In this document: positions 39,095 through 52,000 of the stretch, one piece after another
Layout: every line of letters begins with the position of its first letter
Numbering within the stretch: position 1 is the first letter of the stretch
Source of the DNA: Azolla caroliniana
Lineage: Eukaryota > Plantae > Polypodiophyta
Reading direction: 5' to 3'
NCBI GenBank assembly: GCA_043228905.1
Contig: JBHGNT010000015.1
Location: 20,026,001-20,090,000 of the forward strand
Length of the DNA: 64,000 nucleotides
The notes under the pieces: generated by a model
What the model saw: the letters and a program-made list of their open reading frames with translations, nothing else
Databases searched by the model: none
Told to the model about the DNA's origin: nothing
Position numbers and translations under genes: made by a program

Positions 39095-42000
39095 AGTCAC
39101 ACATATCATTGTGTGCATAAAACAATGTGCTAAAACTATAGCCTTACCTTATATTGACCAATCATAGTACCATGATCAACATAGAGGATCATTGCTGATT
39201 TTCATCATGGTTTCCACTCCCATTTCTTAAATTTACGAAGTTTTGTTCCCCATACTAATAATGTATAAATTTGTAGCTCGTAGGAAGCATTATCGTGCGT
39301 CACAAATGATTGAATCTATTATTTTATTGTTTTTCTATGTTCATAATTTGTTAGCTTTCTTGATAACTTTATGCAATATCTACCTTTCAAAAAGTGAGTT
39401 AGTTGATACAACCATAATTATCAATGAACATAATGTTTGTTTCTATAGAGTTTAGTGCAATGCATTCCAAAATTGTTTTAATATGTTGCACACATATGTA
39501 TCTCAAAGTAACATGGGAATATTCCATATTTAACAATCTTGAAACAAGCCACCAAGATGCAATGACCCTTCAATTCAAAAAACGTTGATTTGAGTTTCCG
39601 AGAACAATAAAGTCTTACTATAAAGTAAACCATTACAATGCTAATAGAGCTACTTTATTTACGGTTAAAAAAACTTTAAATATTTTGACAAATCTATCGC
39701 AGAAAAGCTCTATGTGCTTTCTTTACATCATATCATTATAAAGTTGTTGCAAGGCTTTCAAGCATGTGGAATAGTAGGAGACGTTGAGAAAGTAGGAAGT
39801 TTGGAGGCAGAGATTGTATGGGATGGTCTTAAAAGTGATATTTGTATTCCGAATAGTGTGATAGGGATGTATGCTAGGTGTTGATATCTGTTAGATGCAC
39901 AAGATGTATTTGATACTCTTGCAAACAGGTACAGGATATGTTGAGCATGGCCCAACAGAGATTTTTTGTGGTTTACTTGGTGAGGCACAAGAAATATTTT
40001 CAAAGCTTCGATTTAGAGATACATGGATGTGAAAAATATAGTGATTTTGGCCTTGGGAGGTTTTTTTGATTTCAAGAGATGGTTTTGAAGCACTGAAATG
40101 TTTTCAAAGTATGCAAAGTGAAGTGCTTTCTCTTGATGTGATATTATTTCATTTGCATTTTAAAGGCTCCCATATTCTCCAAAGCGCTTTTCTAGCAAAG
40201 ATTACCCATCTTGGAAGTAGTTTCGTATAGATGTATGCAAAATGTGGTGACCTACTGAAAGTTGAACAAGTATTTATTGAACTACCCATGAAGACTATTG
40301 TTGCTTGGAATGCTCACATCACATTCAATGTGGCCAAGCTTATGATGATATAAAATGGATTAATTTAGTTCACCTTATGTGTCTCTCCTCAAGTAGGTTT
40401 TTGGACCATGTTCCAACTTGATTTGTAGTCTCTTGGAATGTATTATTCGCTGGGCTAGCCTAGAACTGGCTATATTGAATTTCACAATTGTGATAAGGTC
40501 TTTGTTTATTTCAAGTTCATGATCAGATTGTTAGAAGGGGATTTGTGAGAAGGATGTTATGTTGGGCAAGGCATTGGTAGATATGTATGTGAATTGTGGT
40601 ATGCTTGAAAAAGCACAAAAAGTGCATGGTGAGCTTCTTGTTAGGACTCTATACTCTTCGAATCACTCATTACTAGGTATGCTCAACACAGAAAGGGTTA
40701 CAAAGCAATGAATTGTTTCCAGAAGATGCAAAGTGAGGGTCTCTCACCAGATAGGATCACATATATTTGCATCCTGAAGGCTTTTGGAAACACTGGATTT
40801 AGCGTAAAAGGGGAAAAGATTCATGATGAGAGTATAAATGAAGGTCTCTTCATGGAGGAGGATATCGTGCTTAACAATGCTTTGGTGAATGCAAAAGAAG
40901 GATTGGAAAAATATCCTTTTGTTGGCACTGTAAATGTGGAGCAATAATTGAAGCCTGAGCTTTTTGATGATTTATTGTTGGTGGAGATATGGTACAATGG
41001 CTTGCCATATTATTGGGCTATATTGAGCATGATAAGAATGAGGATGCTATACAACTCTATCCTTGAATGCTTGTGCAAGGTCTCTTGCCTACTATGATGA
41101 CATTTTCTAGTATGTTGAAAGCATGTGGCAACATGGGAGAATTGGTAGACATACTGAAATGAAATTAGATGTTGAGATGGATCTCAGTTAAAGGAAGGAT
41201 ACATGGCAAGCCATTGTCTTACACAAGACAAGCCACATAGTCGTTTCTTTTCTATCTATTTTGTAGTTTGTAGCTGATATACTTTTTTAAAACTAATGGA
41301 AGGAAATTTTGTTTTGAAAAAAGAGAGTTGTTGCAAGGCTACTCATAAGACTTGTGTGACACAGAAAGAAGATTGGTATTCTTGCCATTGCAAGTAAAAG
41401 GGAAAGCTCAAAGTCTACAACACATTACAAAAGACATTCTTTTTCCTTGCATAACACCTATAAACCTTGATAAATTAGGTTGGACTATGCCCATGGCTCA
41501 CAATTCTAATCGAGAATCTCATAGACTACTAGAAAATTCCATGCACTTACCTCTTTGATGCTCATCATTCCATTATGTTTTTACATGAGAATGAGGTGTA
41601 TGTAGATAGAGGCAATTGTGGCTAACATGAAGCCAAAATTCTAATGCAATTTAGCATTTAATTCCAAGGCATATTATGTAGTCTTATCATTTGAATGTGA
41701 TTGATCACATATATCCTTGGATGTAAACTACTCCATGTAAATGTCATCCATATTCTCGTAGGGATCCTTGATTTGGATACATAAGGGATGAATCCTCAAT
41801 GCTCCACATTCATTATAGTATGTATGGTTATAATGGTTAGCATGTAACCTAACTTCCCACAAACTTACCTCGATGAAGTACTATGTGATTCCTCTCATCA
41901 TCCATGAACCACTATGTGATTGTAAGGATCTAAATTGATTATAGGAATCAAACAAGTAGCAAAACTTTCCAACTTAATTGACTAACCCGAATCTTGGGCC

Positions 42001-42580
42001 ATTGACTCTCATGAGGTCTTTCACTATCTCATTCCATGGAATGAAAACACATTGGTTTACCTTGGGAAATTGGTCATCAATATAGGCAAAGAAACCTTTA
42101 GTGAATTCTCTGCTATGAGGTTAAGATTCAAGAACCCACTATATGACCAATGATATGGGTTTTTGAAGGACAAGGATAACATTTCTAAAAGGGAAAGACT
42201 AATTTGCCTTCCTTATGGATTGTTGCTTATGTCTTTTCATAAAGATTTGTCAAGTGTAGGATTTTGTTGAGAAAGCTAAGAATTCCACGGGTCGGCCCCC
42301 CAATGAAGACATTGACAACATTTTAGACTTGTAAGTGCCATTCCTGGTGCGTGGAGAACGCCACTATCTACGTTGATGGTTAGGAGGGATGGATGATGCA
42401 TTTTGAATGGTCGATTGATTTTGTTCTTGACCTTGTTCCCAATGTAACAATTTATAATTTTCTTGGAGGGTGCTTACCCATGCTTTGATTGCTTCCATAA
42501 TAGACTTGAAAATTTTGATTGATTATCTCGTCTTCAAAACTTTGGTTAGTTAAAGAGCAAAATTCCCTAAATGCTTTGAT
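39095..42580 (-). mobile_element. Second, inverted copy of the 14560-16765 repeat, interrupted by a PPR retrocopy
   Basis: Reverse-complement identity on both sides of the 39757-41325 insert. Confidence 0.75.
39757..41325 (+). pseudogene. Retroposed PLS-PPR pseudogene with LINE-derived 3' tail, A-rich end and 15-bp TSD
   Basis: QACGIVGDVEK...NSVIGMYARC*YLLDAQDVFD, ALVDMYVNCGMLEKA, MQSEGLSPDRITYICILKA with stops and frameshifts; TSD AGTTGTTGCAAGGCT at 39742-39756 and 41326-41340. Confidence 0.88.
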
Positions 42581-43241
42581 TGGACCTGTATTCCAATGTT
42601 TAGGGCTACCATGGAAGGTGATCGTGATTATGTGATATTCTTGGATTTTTCAAAATTGATGTGAATATATGTAATTGATGTTCAAAACAAGAGAAATATT
42701 CATACCTTGAAGGAAGTGGCATCCATTAATGAGCTCTCGTTTACACGCTTTGAATTTCAAAATTTGATCAAACATTTTTAGAACTTGAGTCCTCTTATGA
42801 TATGAAACTTCTATTCATTGGCTTGCCCCACCTAACATTACTTACAAGTTTGTGATGGAAAATCGAGTTTTCCCACAAGGGTACCCTTATTCTTAAAATG
42901 CACTTTATCTTAAGCTTCTCTTTTACATCCTACATGGAATAGGACTTGCTCATGCTTTCGAACAATATTCAAAGCATAGGTGATATATAAACAAGAGGTT
43001 AGTAAGGGAGAAATTTATCCAGAATATGAAAGGTGTTTAGAATAAGGCAGCCTTAGAGATGTCCTTGTTGACCCACTATTTGAGAAATTACCTTTTCGAT
43101 CCTACCTCCTTTTTCTTCATTTTTATGTGGTCAATTGATCTCTCCCTCTCACTTCTTGGGGTTTAAGGGCATTTGATGAAACAATGAAAACTCTACGGTA
43201 TTTAGGAAAATAAAGAAAAACTCAAGCAAAATCCCCCCCCC

Positions 43242-43640
43242 AAATACCTGACACCAAGTTCGGTGCCTGATCTTCATCACTAGATGTCCATATGTAGTAA
43301 CTTAACCATACATATCATGCTTGTAGTAACTTAACTCCACCAGATACCTGGCATCAGGTACTTGATCTTCATCACTAGATGTATACAAAATCACTTAACC
43401 ATACAAATCATGCTGCTACACTCAATTCATACGGTACCCCTCCCTCGAGAACCTACCAAATATCTGACACCATGCATCTGAACTTCATCACTAGATGCAC
43501 ACAAATTGTCACTTATCCATGCATATCATGCTTGTAGACTCAATTCCAATAGCACCCTCATTTAAGGAGCCACTAAATACCTCATATCATCTAGCCGGTC
43601 TTAATCACTAGGAATACATACATAGTTTACTATGCATATC
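43242..43640. repeat. Degenerate ~95-120 bp tandem repeat x4 downstream of the second PPR gene
   Basis: atacctg.cac...gatcttcatcactagatg...acttaaccata...atcatgc recurs. Confidence 0.75.
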
Positions 43641-43919
43641 GGGTTTGTACATAATTCATTTCGCATCATCGATGCTGCATATTTTACATATTTGACCCTA
43701 CCATTTCCTCATTTCTTCCACTTACAATTTGGTGACTTACGTTCATTTCTTCCTTCCTAAAGGAAACCAATGAGGACATTGATGCTTGTGCCTGTGATCA
43801 ATCATATAGGCCTATTTTGGCCTCCAGTAGATGTTAATATCTCTCTTTCTCAAAAAGTCTTTACAGTTTCGTGGAATGGTGAGGTCTGTTTCCGTGGTAA
43901 CAAGATCGGGATGAAAGTC

Positions 43920-46900
43920 TTAAAGAGCTATGATCCTCTCCAATTTGCCATACAATCTACGTAACTTTGCATGAAGAATAGCATCAACTTCAAAGTAAGT
44001 CTTATTATCCATATAGAAGTTACCTCCTCCATCCCCGATGAATATCGAAGAATCCCTTAAATCCTTTTCTTTAACCTTAGGATCATCTTCCAACTCAAGC
44101 AACATGCTACAAATGTTTGATAGAAGCACATAGAGAGCTGCATTTTCAGGCTGAAGCTCAAAAATATACTCGGCCGCATGTATTGCGAGAAGTAAATTGT
44201 TGTATACTCTACATCCACCGAGGATTGTCATCCATACAATGGAACTTGGTTGTAAAGGCATATTTTCAGTAAGCTCTGATGCCTCTGGTAGCAAACCCAC
44301 ACGACACAACATATCTATCATGCAAGCGTAGTGCTCATGTGTATAGTCAATACCATGAATTCTACTTATATTATCAAAATGATGCAACCCTTCTTCCACG
44401 AGTCCGGCATGATTGCATACTGATAAAATGGTTACATACGTAATGTGATTAGGGTTTTGCCCCTTCAATAGCATCTTATGTAGGTAGTCAAAGGTTTCCT
44501 GAACATGCCCACTTTGAGCATGTGCTGAAATAAAAGCATTCCAAGATATCACATCATGCTCTTTCATACCATCGAACACTTGCTTCGCCGCCTTGACATC
44601 ACCACATTTACCATAGGCATCAATGAGCGTGTTTTCCAAATATTGATCGAATTCGAATTCATGCTTTTCAGAGAGGGCATGCATTTCTTTGGCTTGGCTC
44701 AAGTAGCCCAAACTTCCACAAGCCTTAAAAACATTCATAAACGTGATCTTATCTGGCTTGAGACACTCTTGTTGCATGTTTTGGAAGAGGTTTAAAGCCT
44801 CCTCTGCTTGCCCACATTGAATGTATCCTATCATTACAGCATTCCATGATACTATCTTTCGTTGAGGAAGACTGTCAAAAACCTCACGAGCATCCTCACA
44901 ACTACCACATTTTGCATACATATCCACAAGAGCATTCCCCAACAATTCAGTCATCGGCAATCCATGCCTTTTTATGAGGGCATGAATCCCATTGGCCTCT
45001 TTCAAACTTCCCAAACCAGCACAAGCTTTAAGTAAGCTAAAAAATGTCAACTCATCGGGCTTGAGACATTGACTAGCCATTTGTTGGAAAAGTCTCAAAG
45101 CCTCCTCATTAAGCTGTAATGCAGTATAACCAGCTATCATTACATTCCATGTCACTAAATCACTTTTAGGCATTTGTTCGAACACTTGTTGGGCATCCTC
45201 TATGCTCCTACATCTTGAATACATGTCAATGAGAGAGTTACCAAGATACAAAAAAGATTCCAATTTACTCTCAATTATGTAGCTGTGTATTTGCCTACCA
45301 TCATCGAGAAATTCTGGGCTTAGACATGCTTTTATCATTGTGATGAATGTCACCTCATTCAACTCAATGTTTACAGATAGCATTTCTACAAAAAGCTCAA
45401 AAACAAACTCTGTTTGGGCTTGATATAAGTATCCAAAAATCAACGCGTTCCACGACACTAGACTTTGATCAGTCAAACCATCAAAGACATGATGGCCACT
45501 GTCAACATCCCCACATTTTGCATACATATCAACAATGCTATTTCCAATAAAGCTGTCCGTTTCAAAATTGTTCATGACAATAAGATTATGCACGTGTTTA
45601 CCTTCTTCTAGGTCTCCACAGTTTGCACATGCCTTTAAAATGCTTAAAAAGGTGACTTTGACAGGTTTAGTACCAAACTCTGACATTTGGCCAAATAGCT
45701 TGAATGCTAGATCGAGTTTATTGTGCTGAACATATCCAGCAATGATTGAATTCCAGGCCACCTCATTTTTTTCTTTTATTCTATCAAACATGTATTGTGC
45801 TTCATCAATGCCACCACATTTCGCATACATATCCACAAGAGTGCTTGCAATGAAAATGTCACTCTCTAATCGCCTTTTCCTGACATGGTTGTGAATCTTC
45901 TTTCCATGTCCAAGGTTTCCCAACTTTATGCATGCCTTAATGACACTCAAAAATGTTACCTTATCAGGACGGAAAGTTTCCCTTTCCATCCTCTCAAAAA
46001 GCGCAAAGGCTTCCTCTGGAGGTCCAAATTGAGCATAGCCAGCAATCAACACATTCCATGAAATTACATCTCTTTCTGGCATCTCATCAAACACTCGGCG
46101 AGCATTCTTGATACTGCCACATTTTGCAAACATATCAACAAGCGCATTTCTAAGGATTAAATTTGCCTTCATGCCACTATTCAAGAAGCTTTCATGGATT
46201 TGCTTACCCTTTTCAAGGTTACCAAGGACAGAACATGCTTTAAGAGCACCAACATATGTTATCAATGTCCGATTCACATGTTTGGATTCCATTTCCCAAA
46301 AAAGTTTAAGAGAATCCTCAGCACAACCTAATTGTGCACAGCCGATGATCATTGCATTAAAACAAACATCAGTTTGAATAGGAATTGTAATGAAAACCTT
46401 CCATGCATCCTTCATACTCCCACATTTAGCGTACATGTCGACAAGAGTACTAGCTAGAAACACATCAGCCTCAAGCTTTCTCTCGATAATATAGTCATGA
46501 ATTTCCTTCCCATGCATGTACATGTGTAAGCCAGCACATGCCTTAAGTACATTGGCAAGGGTGATCCTATCAGGTTTAGAAGCTTGCTCCATCATGACAG
46601 GAAAAAGGTTCAACACATTCTCGAAGTACCCATTTTGGGCATAACCTGAGATCATCGCATTCCAAGACACCGAATCTCTTCTCGGCATCTCTTCAAACTC
46701 TCTCCTTGCACATTCTAATACACCACATTTTGCATACATGTCGACTAAACTACTCCTTATAAGTATGTTATAACTGATTTCACTCTCGATTATCATTACA
46801 TGCAATCTTTGACCACAATCTAAGTTCTTAAGCTTAGCACATGCTTTGATGACACTTAGAAAGGTAACTGAATCCGGCTTGACATTCTCTTCTTCCATTT

Positions 46901-47366
46901 TTGAAAATAGTTTAAATGCATTCTCCTGTGGTCCATGTGTTGCATATCCAGCAATTAATGTAGTCCAAGTGAAGACATCTTTCTCCTGAATAACACTGAA
47001 CAAATTTTGAGCGTCAGCAATGCTACCGCATTTACAATACATATTGATGAGGGAATTGTGCAAAACTAGTGATAATTTGATGACATTTTCAAGTATATAA
47101 GAATGCACAAGCTTTCCTATATTCAAGTCTCTTAATGTTGTATATCCCTCTAAGATGCAAGCATAATCCTCCATTTTAACATGAAGAAGACCATCTTTAT
47201 TCGTGACACAGAGGAGAGATAGTGCTTTATTAAGTCGACTGTCTTTTGTCATACATCGTTTCTCTGTGTCAGAAGGATTTTCACAACATTTAATCATTCC
47301 TAACAATTTGGGTGTTTGATCAATGTGGATAATTCCATGATTTAATACCTCTTTCTTTGCTTTCAT
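43920..47366 (-). CDS. Long PLS-class PPR protein with E/partial E+ domain and no DYW, 1148 aa
   Basis: About 9 P-L-S triplets (LVDMYAKCG, VISWNVLIAGY, PDKVTFLSVIKAC); E domain MPLQPSSIVWMTILGGCRVY...PENAALYVLLSNI. Confidence 0.93.
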   Translation of the reverse strand: MKAKKEVLNHGIIHIDQTPKLLGMIKCCENPSDTEKRCMTKDSRLNKALSLLCVTNKDGLLHVKMEDYACILEGYTTLRDLNIGKLVHSYILENVIKLSLVLHNSLINMYCKCGSIADAQNLFSVIQEKDVFTWTTLIAGYATHGPQENAFKLFSKMEEENVKPDSVTFLSVIKACAKLKNLDCGQRLHVMIIESEISYNILIRSSLVDMYAKCGVLECARREFEEMPRRDSVSWNAMISGYAQNGYFENVLNLFPVMMEQASKPDRITLANVLKACAGLHMYMHGKEIHDYIIERKLEADVFLASTLVDMYAKCGSMKDAWKVFITIPIQTDVCFNAMIIGCAQLGCAEDSLKLFWEMESKHVNRTLITYVGALKACSVLGNLEKGKQIHESFLNSGMKANLILRNALVDMFAKCGSIKNARRVFDEMPERDVISWNVLIAGYAQFGPPEEAFALFERMERETFRPDKVTFLSVIKACIKLGNLGHGKKIHNHVRKRRLESDIFIASTLVDMYAKCGGIDEAQYMFDRIKEKNEVAWNSIIAGYVQHNKLDLAFKLFGQMSEFGTKPVKVTFLSILKACANCGDLEEGKHVHNLIVMNNFETDSFIGNSIVDMYAKCGDVDSGHHVFDGLTDQSLVSWNALIFGYLYQAQTEFVFELFVEMLSVNIELNEVTFITMIKACLSPEFLDDGRQIHSYIIESKLESFLYLGNSLIDMYSRCRSIEDAQQVFEQMPKSDLVTWNVMIAGYTALQLNEEALRLFQQMASQCLKPDELTFFSLLKACAGLGSLKEANGIHALIKRHGLPMTELLGNALVDMYAKCGSCEDAREVFDSLPQRKIVSWNAVMIGYIQCGQAEEALNLFQNMQQECLKPDKITFMNVFKACGSLGYLSQAKEMHALSEKHEFEFDQYLENTLIDAYGKCGDVKAAKQVFDGMKEHDVISWNAFISAHAQSGHVQETFDYLHKMLLKGQNPNHITYVTILSVCNHAGLVEEGLHHFDNISRIHGIDYTHEHYACMIDMLCRVGLLPEASELTENMPLQPSSIVWMTILGGCRVYNNLLLAIHAAEYIFELQPENAALYVLLSNICSMLLELEDDPKVKEKDLRDSSIFIGDGGGNFYMDNKTYFEVDAILHAKLRRLYGKLERIIAL

Positions 47367-48591
47367 GAAATTATTCTTCTTGCCCTACTCTTAGAGTATT
47401 CATATGCATCATGTGTTTTCTTCACATTCAAGACAAACCTACATATTGATGCCCTTTTCTAGTTTATTGACATATATGACAGCATTTTCTAATGCATCTT
47501 TTTCTGTACATCGTTGTGTCTTGCATTGAATTACTTCCTCTGTGATTAGTTCAGTAGGGTATATGTGTGAAATGAGTAGCAAGAATTGAGTGAATTTCTG
47601 ATCGCCCAAGAGCTGAATATGGTCCATTTCCTGATGTTTAGGAGCCTTCCCTGCGCAAACCGGAAACTCAGAGAAGCTGAATTTAAAGGTTCCATTGAGT
47701 CATTATGGTAGCCTTCTTCCACATATATATGCATGGCTACCTCATTGAGAAGAAAACTTCGACATTTCAAAATATGTAGAAACAGAGATCCAAAATAGCC
47801 ATAAAAAGTCTAATGAATCCCCTTACATCTCTCATATTTCCTCCTCAATCGCTTCTATTTTAACCGAAAAGTTTCCGATCCAAAAGGCTGTTGATGACTC
47901 CTGCATGATTGCATCCATGGTAGTCGCCAATAGTTCGGTTTGGACTCAAACCAGTCCAAACCGATACGAGAATATCGAAGCTCAAACCGAACTTAAACCT
48001 GAAAATCGTCTAAGCTCAAACCGTGATCAAACTGTTGAAGTTGAGATCATTTAAGCCGAAACAGTTTGAGAAATCCTCAAACCTAAGTCGTTCAAAACCA
48101 AACCATTCAAATGATAAATTGTTGGGCAAATAAATCGCATAAAATTAAAAACAAAAGAGAGGTATGGTATAGGTACCATAAGAGATGAATTTCATAGGAT
48201 CTCAACAGAGGTGTCAAAGTTTTAAGTTTTTAATCTCTATACTAATTTGTAATGACGAATGAACGTATGAGCCATTTTAGCTTAGTTGTGGTTTCAAACT
48301 TAGTAACCCATATGTTAGTGTGAAACAAGTGCCGACAACCCTCTCATGCATGGTCACCTAAGAAAGTGGAGAATCTAATACATTAGATGAGTTAAGTCTT
48401 GGGTTAATCTAGATTCTATATGTATGTTTCTTTTGGCTCAAATGATTTGTACATGTATCTAGTCACTTAGGACATAAGCTATAATTCTTGCTTTATTAGT
48501 TCACCATTATAATTTGCCTTGGGTGCTCCATTGATTAATGCAATCTTTGGTTTCTTGTTGATCCATTAGCGAGTTTTTCTAGCAATCCCAG

Positions 48592-48840
48592 CCACATTAG
48601 TTCACACTTGAGCCCTAACATCAATTACAATGCATGATCCATTATCAGTTGTATGCCTTGTTGCATTAAGTTGCTTGAGTTTTCCAACGCAATCTGAACC
48701 ATATTAGTTCACACTTGAGCCCTAACATCAATTATTGTGCATAATCCATTATCATTTGTATGCCTTGTTGCATTAAGTTGCTTGAGTTTTCCAAAGCAAT
48801 TAGAACCATATTAGTTCACACTTGAGCCCTAACATCCATT
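48592..48840. repeat. ~112-bp tandem repeat (~2.3 copies)
   Basis: attagttcacacttgagccctaacatc at ~48596, ~48704 and ~48810. Confidence 0.85.
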
Positions 48841-49049
48841 CTCATGCATGATGACATTCTCATCAAAGTCTCTACAACCCATCCCTTACTTTCCCCTCTC
48901 CCCAAATTGGCCCTTAACCTCGATCAATTAGACTCCCACTCATCCCACCTAGAGCTACATCACACAATGAAACTTCTTTGTATTTATCAATGAATAAACC
49001 AAAGAGTATAGGTGAAAATGGATGTTCTTGCTTAACCCCCATGTTTCTT

Positions 49050-52000
49050 TTTTTTTTCAAGAAATATACACCTTAGTATATTACTTGAGAAATGTACATA
49101 TAGAAACAGAAGGAGACATTTCATCTCACCTCTATTGTAATACAAAAGCTACTACCAACATCTGATGAAACAGATGATATCATATAAGGAACAAATGGAG
49201 CACAATCTACAAGCTATGCAATAAAAAAGGAGGTATGGCATAATTCCACTTCATACCAGAAGTCATATCTGAAAATATGTGAAGCCCTCGCCACCGTTTC
49301 TTAAAGTCCACTTGACGTTGCCTTTGAGCATCGGATGAACCTTGCAAATCATCATATTGTCCACATATGGTCTGGACAAATAACCACCAGAATTCAATAA
49401 GCATATTACCGAGATGTATGTGAGCATTATTAAAAACAACCTCACATCTCATTTCCCATATTGTCCACAGAGCTAGTGACGTAATAGTACGCCAAATAAC
49501 CAGATTTTCAGTTCTAAACTATGGAATCAAAGATGGAAATGAAGTGAGATAGATGTACCCATTGGAAAAGTGAAAAACATGAGAAGCATGCATACTTTCG
49601 TACTTCATAACATCTCCATGAAGGACACCCCATAATACTGCACCCCACGAGAAAGTAGAACGAGCATAATTGTGTCTCAGTAATAAAAACAACTTACTCC
49701 AGAATTGCTTGATTTTGGGACAAACCAAAACAAATGCAAAATAGATTCCGTAGATGCACCACAATGCATTCCACAAGCATATTGCTGATTTTGCCTCAAC
49801 CAATCACCAACAGGAAGAGCATAATACATCAACAACCAACGAAAACAAATCACTTTTTTCGGCAACTGCATACTCCACAAACATTTCCAAAATTTTGAAA
49901 GTTGTAATTCATTCACATTATTTGCAGTCCAATGCTTCATGGCAGCTGGACATTTATACTTTGATTGCAATAATAAATTTCTACCTAGCTTAACTGAATA
50001 CTGAAAAAACTCCAAGTGTTTACCATTTCCACTAGCATTCGGTTTTTTCCATTGATAATCAACTGGATCCCAATCCAAATTATAAAGCGGCTTTTTTTGA
50101 AAAACCCACAACAAACAACACCGTAAGCATTCTTGAAAGGGTGGATCCAAGAACCATTTTTTTCCAGATCTTGCAACTACTCGAATCGTTGAAACATTGG
50201 CGGATATCCACACATCTGATTTAGAAAATACATGCCACAACCTACCATCATCATCCACATTAAAGTATATTACATCACCTGTAATGTTAATTACTTTAGC
50301 TCCTAAAATCACTTTTAAAGGAGAGAAATAACCAAACCAAATCTGATTGCTAGAGGGGGACCATGAAGCCATAAATTGTCCCAATGCCACTTGCACATTA
50401 TCGCACATAATAGCACTTCCTCGAACTGAAGGCCTCGACAAAGGTTGTAACTGTTGATTCATAACATAACATCCCCATGATTGAACATTACCTGCTATTG
50501 ATGCATCCATAGAAGCCCAATTCAACCGAGGACGGCTACCAAGCAGAAAACCCCTTGAATCTGAAAAGAGAAAGTTCCAGGTCAAGGGTTGTCTCAACAA
50601 GTCATCCGTTGTTGAAGGCACCTTCGAACTAGAAATTTTTTAACAGCTGACCAACTTGTGAGAATTCCATTAAAAAACCTATCTTCTAATAAGGTTGTTT
50701 TAAATAAATGAAAATTCTGAATAAAGCCCCATCTTAATGATGGTTGCCACTTTCCTCCTATTGTCGGGCACATAGTAGACAACCTATGCATCATCAATCG
50801 ACTCCAAACACCTTGCATTGGCAACATAGCTCTACACACAAATTTAGAAAGCAAAGCCTTACACTGTGCTTTTGGATCTACCAGCCCCAACCCACCATTT
50901 TGTCGTGGAGCAATCAATACTGCCCAAGCTACTTTAGGCCTTTTACCTTGACCTGTTTTTCCTCCCCAAATGTAGTTACGAATGAGGCGTTGCACCAATA
51001 AAATACAGGATCTAGCAAACAATGTAGTTGAAGCAACATACCAAATAGTAGTTAACAACACTTGGTTAGCTACAAGTATACAACCTGCAAGTGACAAGTT
51101 AACCGAATCCCAAAGCAATAAATTTCTCCTTAATTTCACAAGTAGAGGAGAAACTAACATATCTGCAGTAACATGAAGTCCCACTTGACAACCTAAGTAA
51201 CGAGTAGTGGTTCCATTAGGAACCCACTTGAATTCCTGCGAAGGCATCCAATTAGGTAAGGAATTTTGTGACACCCAAAAGCCAAGAGATTTATGCCAAT
51301 TTATCTTTGCTCTAGAGGCCAAACAGAATTCCTCCACTACTTCTTGCAATTTACTTAAATTTTCATCATTACCTTGAACATAAATTGTAGTATCATCTGC
51401 AAATTCCGCATCCAACATTTGATGTTGCGTGGCAGGCAAAGGCAAACCCTTCAGAGAAACTTGAGAGGAGTTTAAATACATTGAGAATGTTTCCATTACT
51501 AGCAAAAATAGGAATGGGGCCAATGGACAACCTTGACGTACAGAACGCGAAATAGAAAATTTTCTAGTTTGCCCACCAACGACCAAGACTGAACTAAAGG
51601 CCTCACGATACAAGGAAGCTACAACCCTAATTCATTGCGTAGGAAAACCTAATCTCAAAAACGAACCTTCCATGAAGTCCCCCAATCAACTATGTCATAT
51701 GCCTTCTGAAAATCTAGTAGAAGTACCACATGATCTTGTTTATTTTTCATTGCCATCCCTGTCAATTCCCAAAACAGAAAAATATTGTAAAAAATACTAC
51801 GTTCTTGCATAAATCTCGTTTGTGACTCATGCACAATCTCTAGAAGAAAAGGTTGTAATCTCAAAGCCAATAACTTAGCATAGATTTTGTAAATTGTATT
51901 CAATAAAGTAATGGGTCGCCAACCCTTCACCTCATCCGTAACAACATCACCTTTCAGAATGAGGCATATTAATCCCTCTTTCCACTTTTGTGGCATAATA

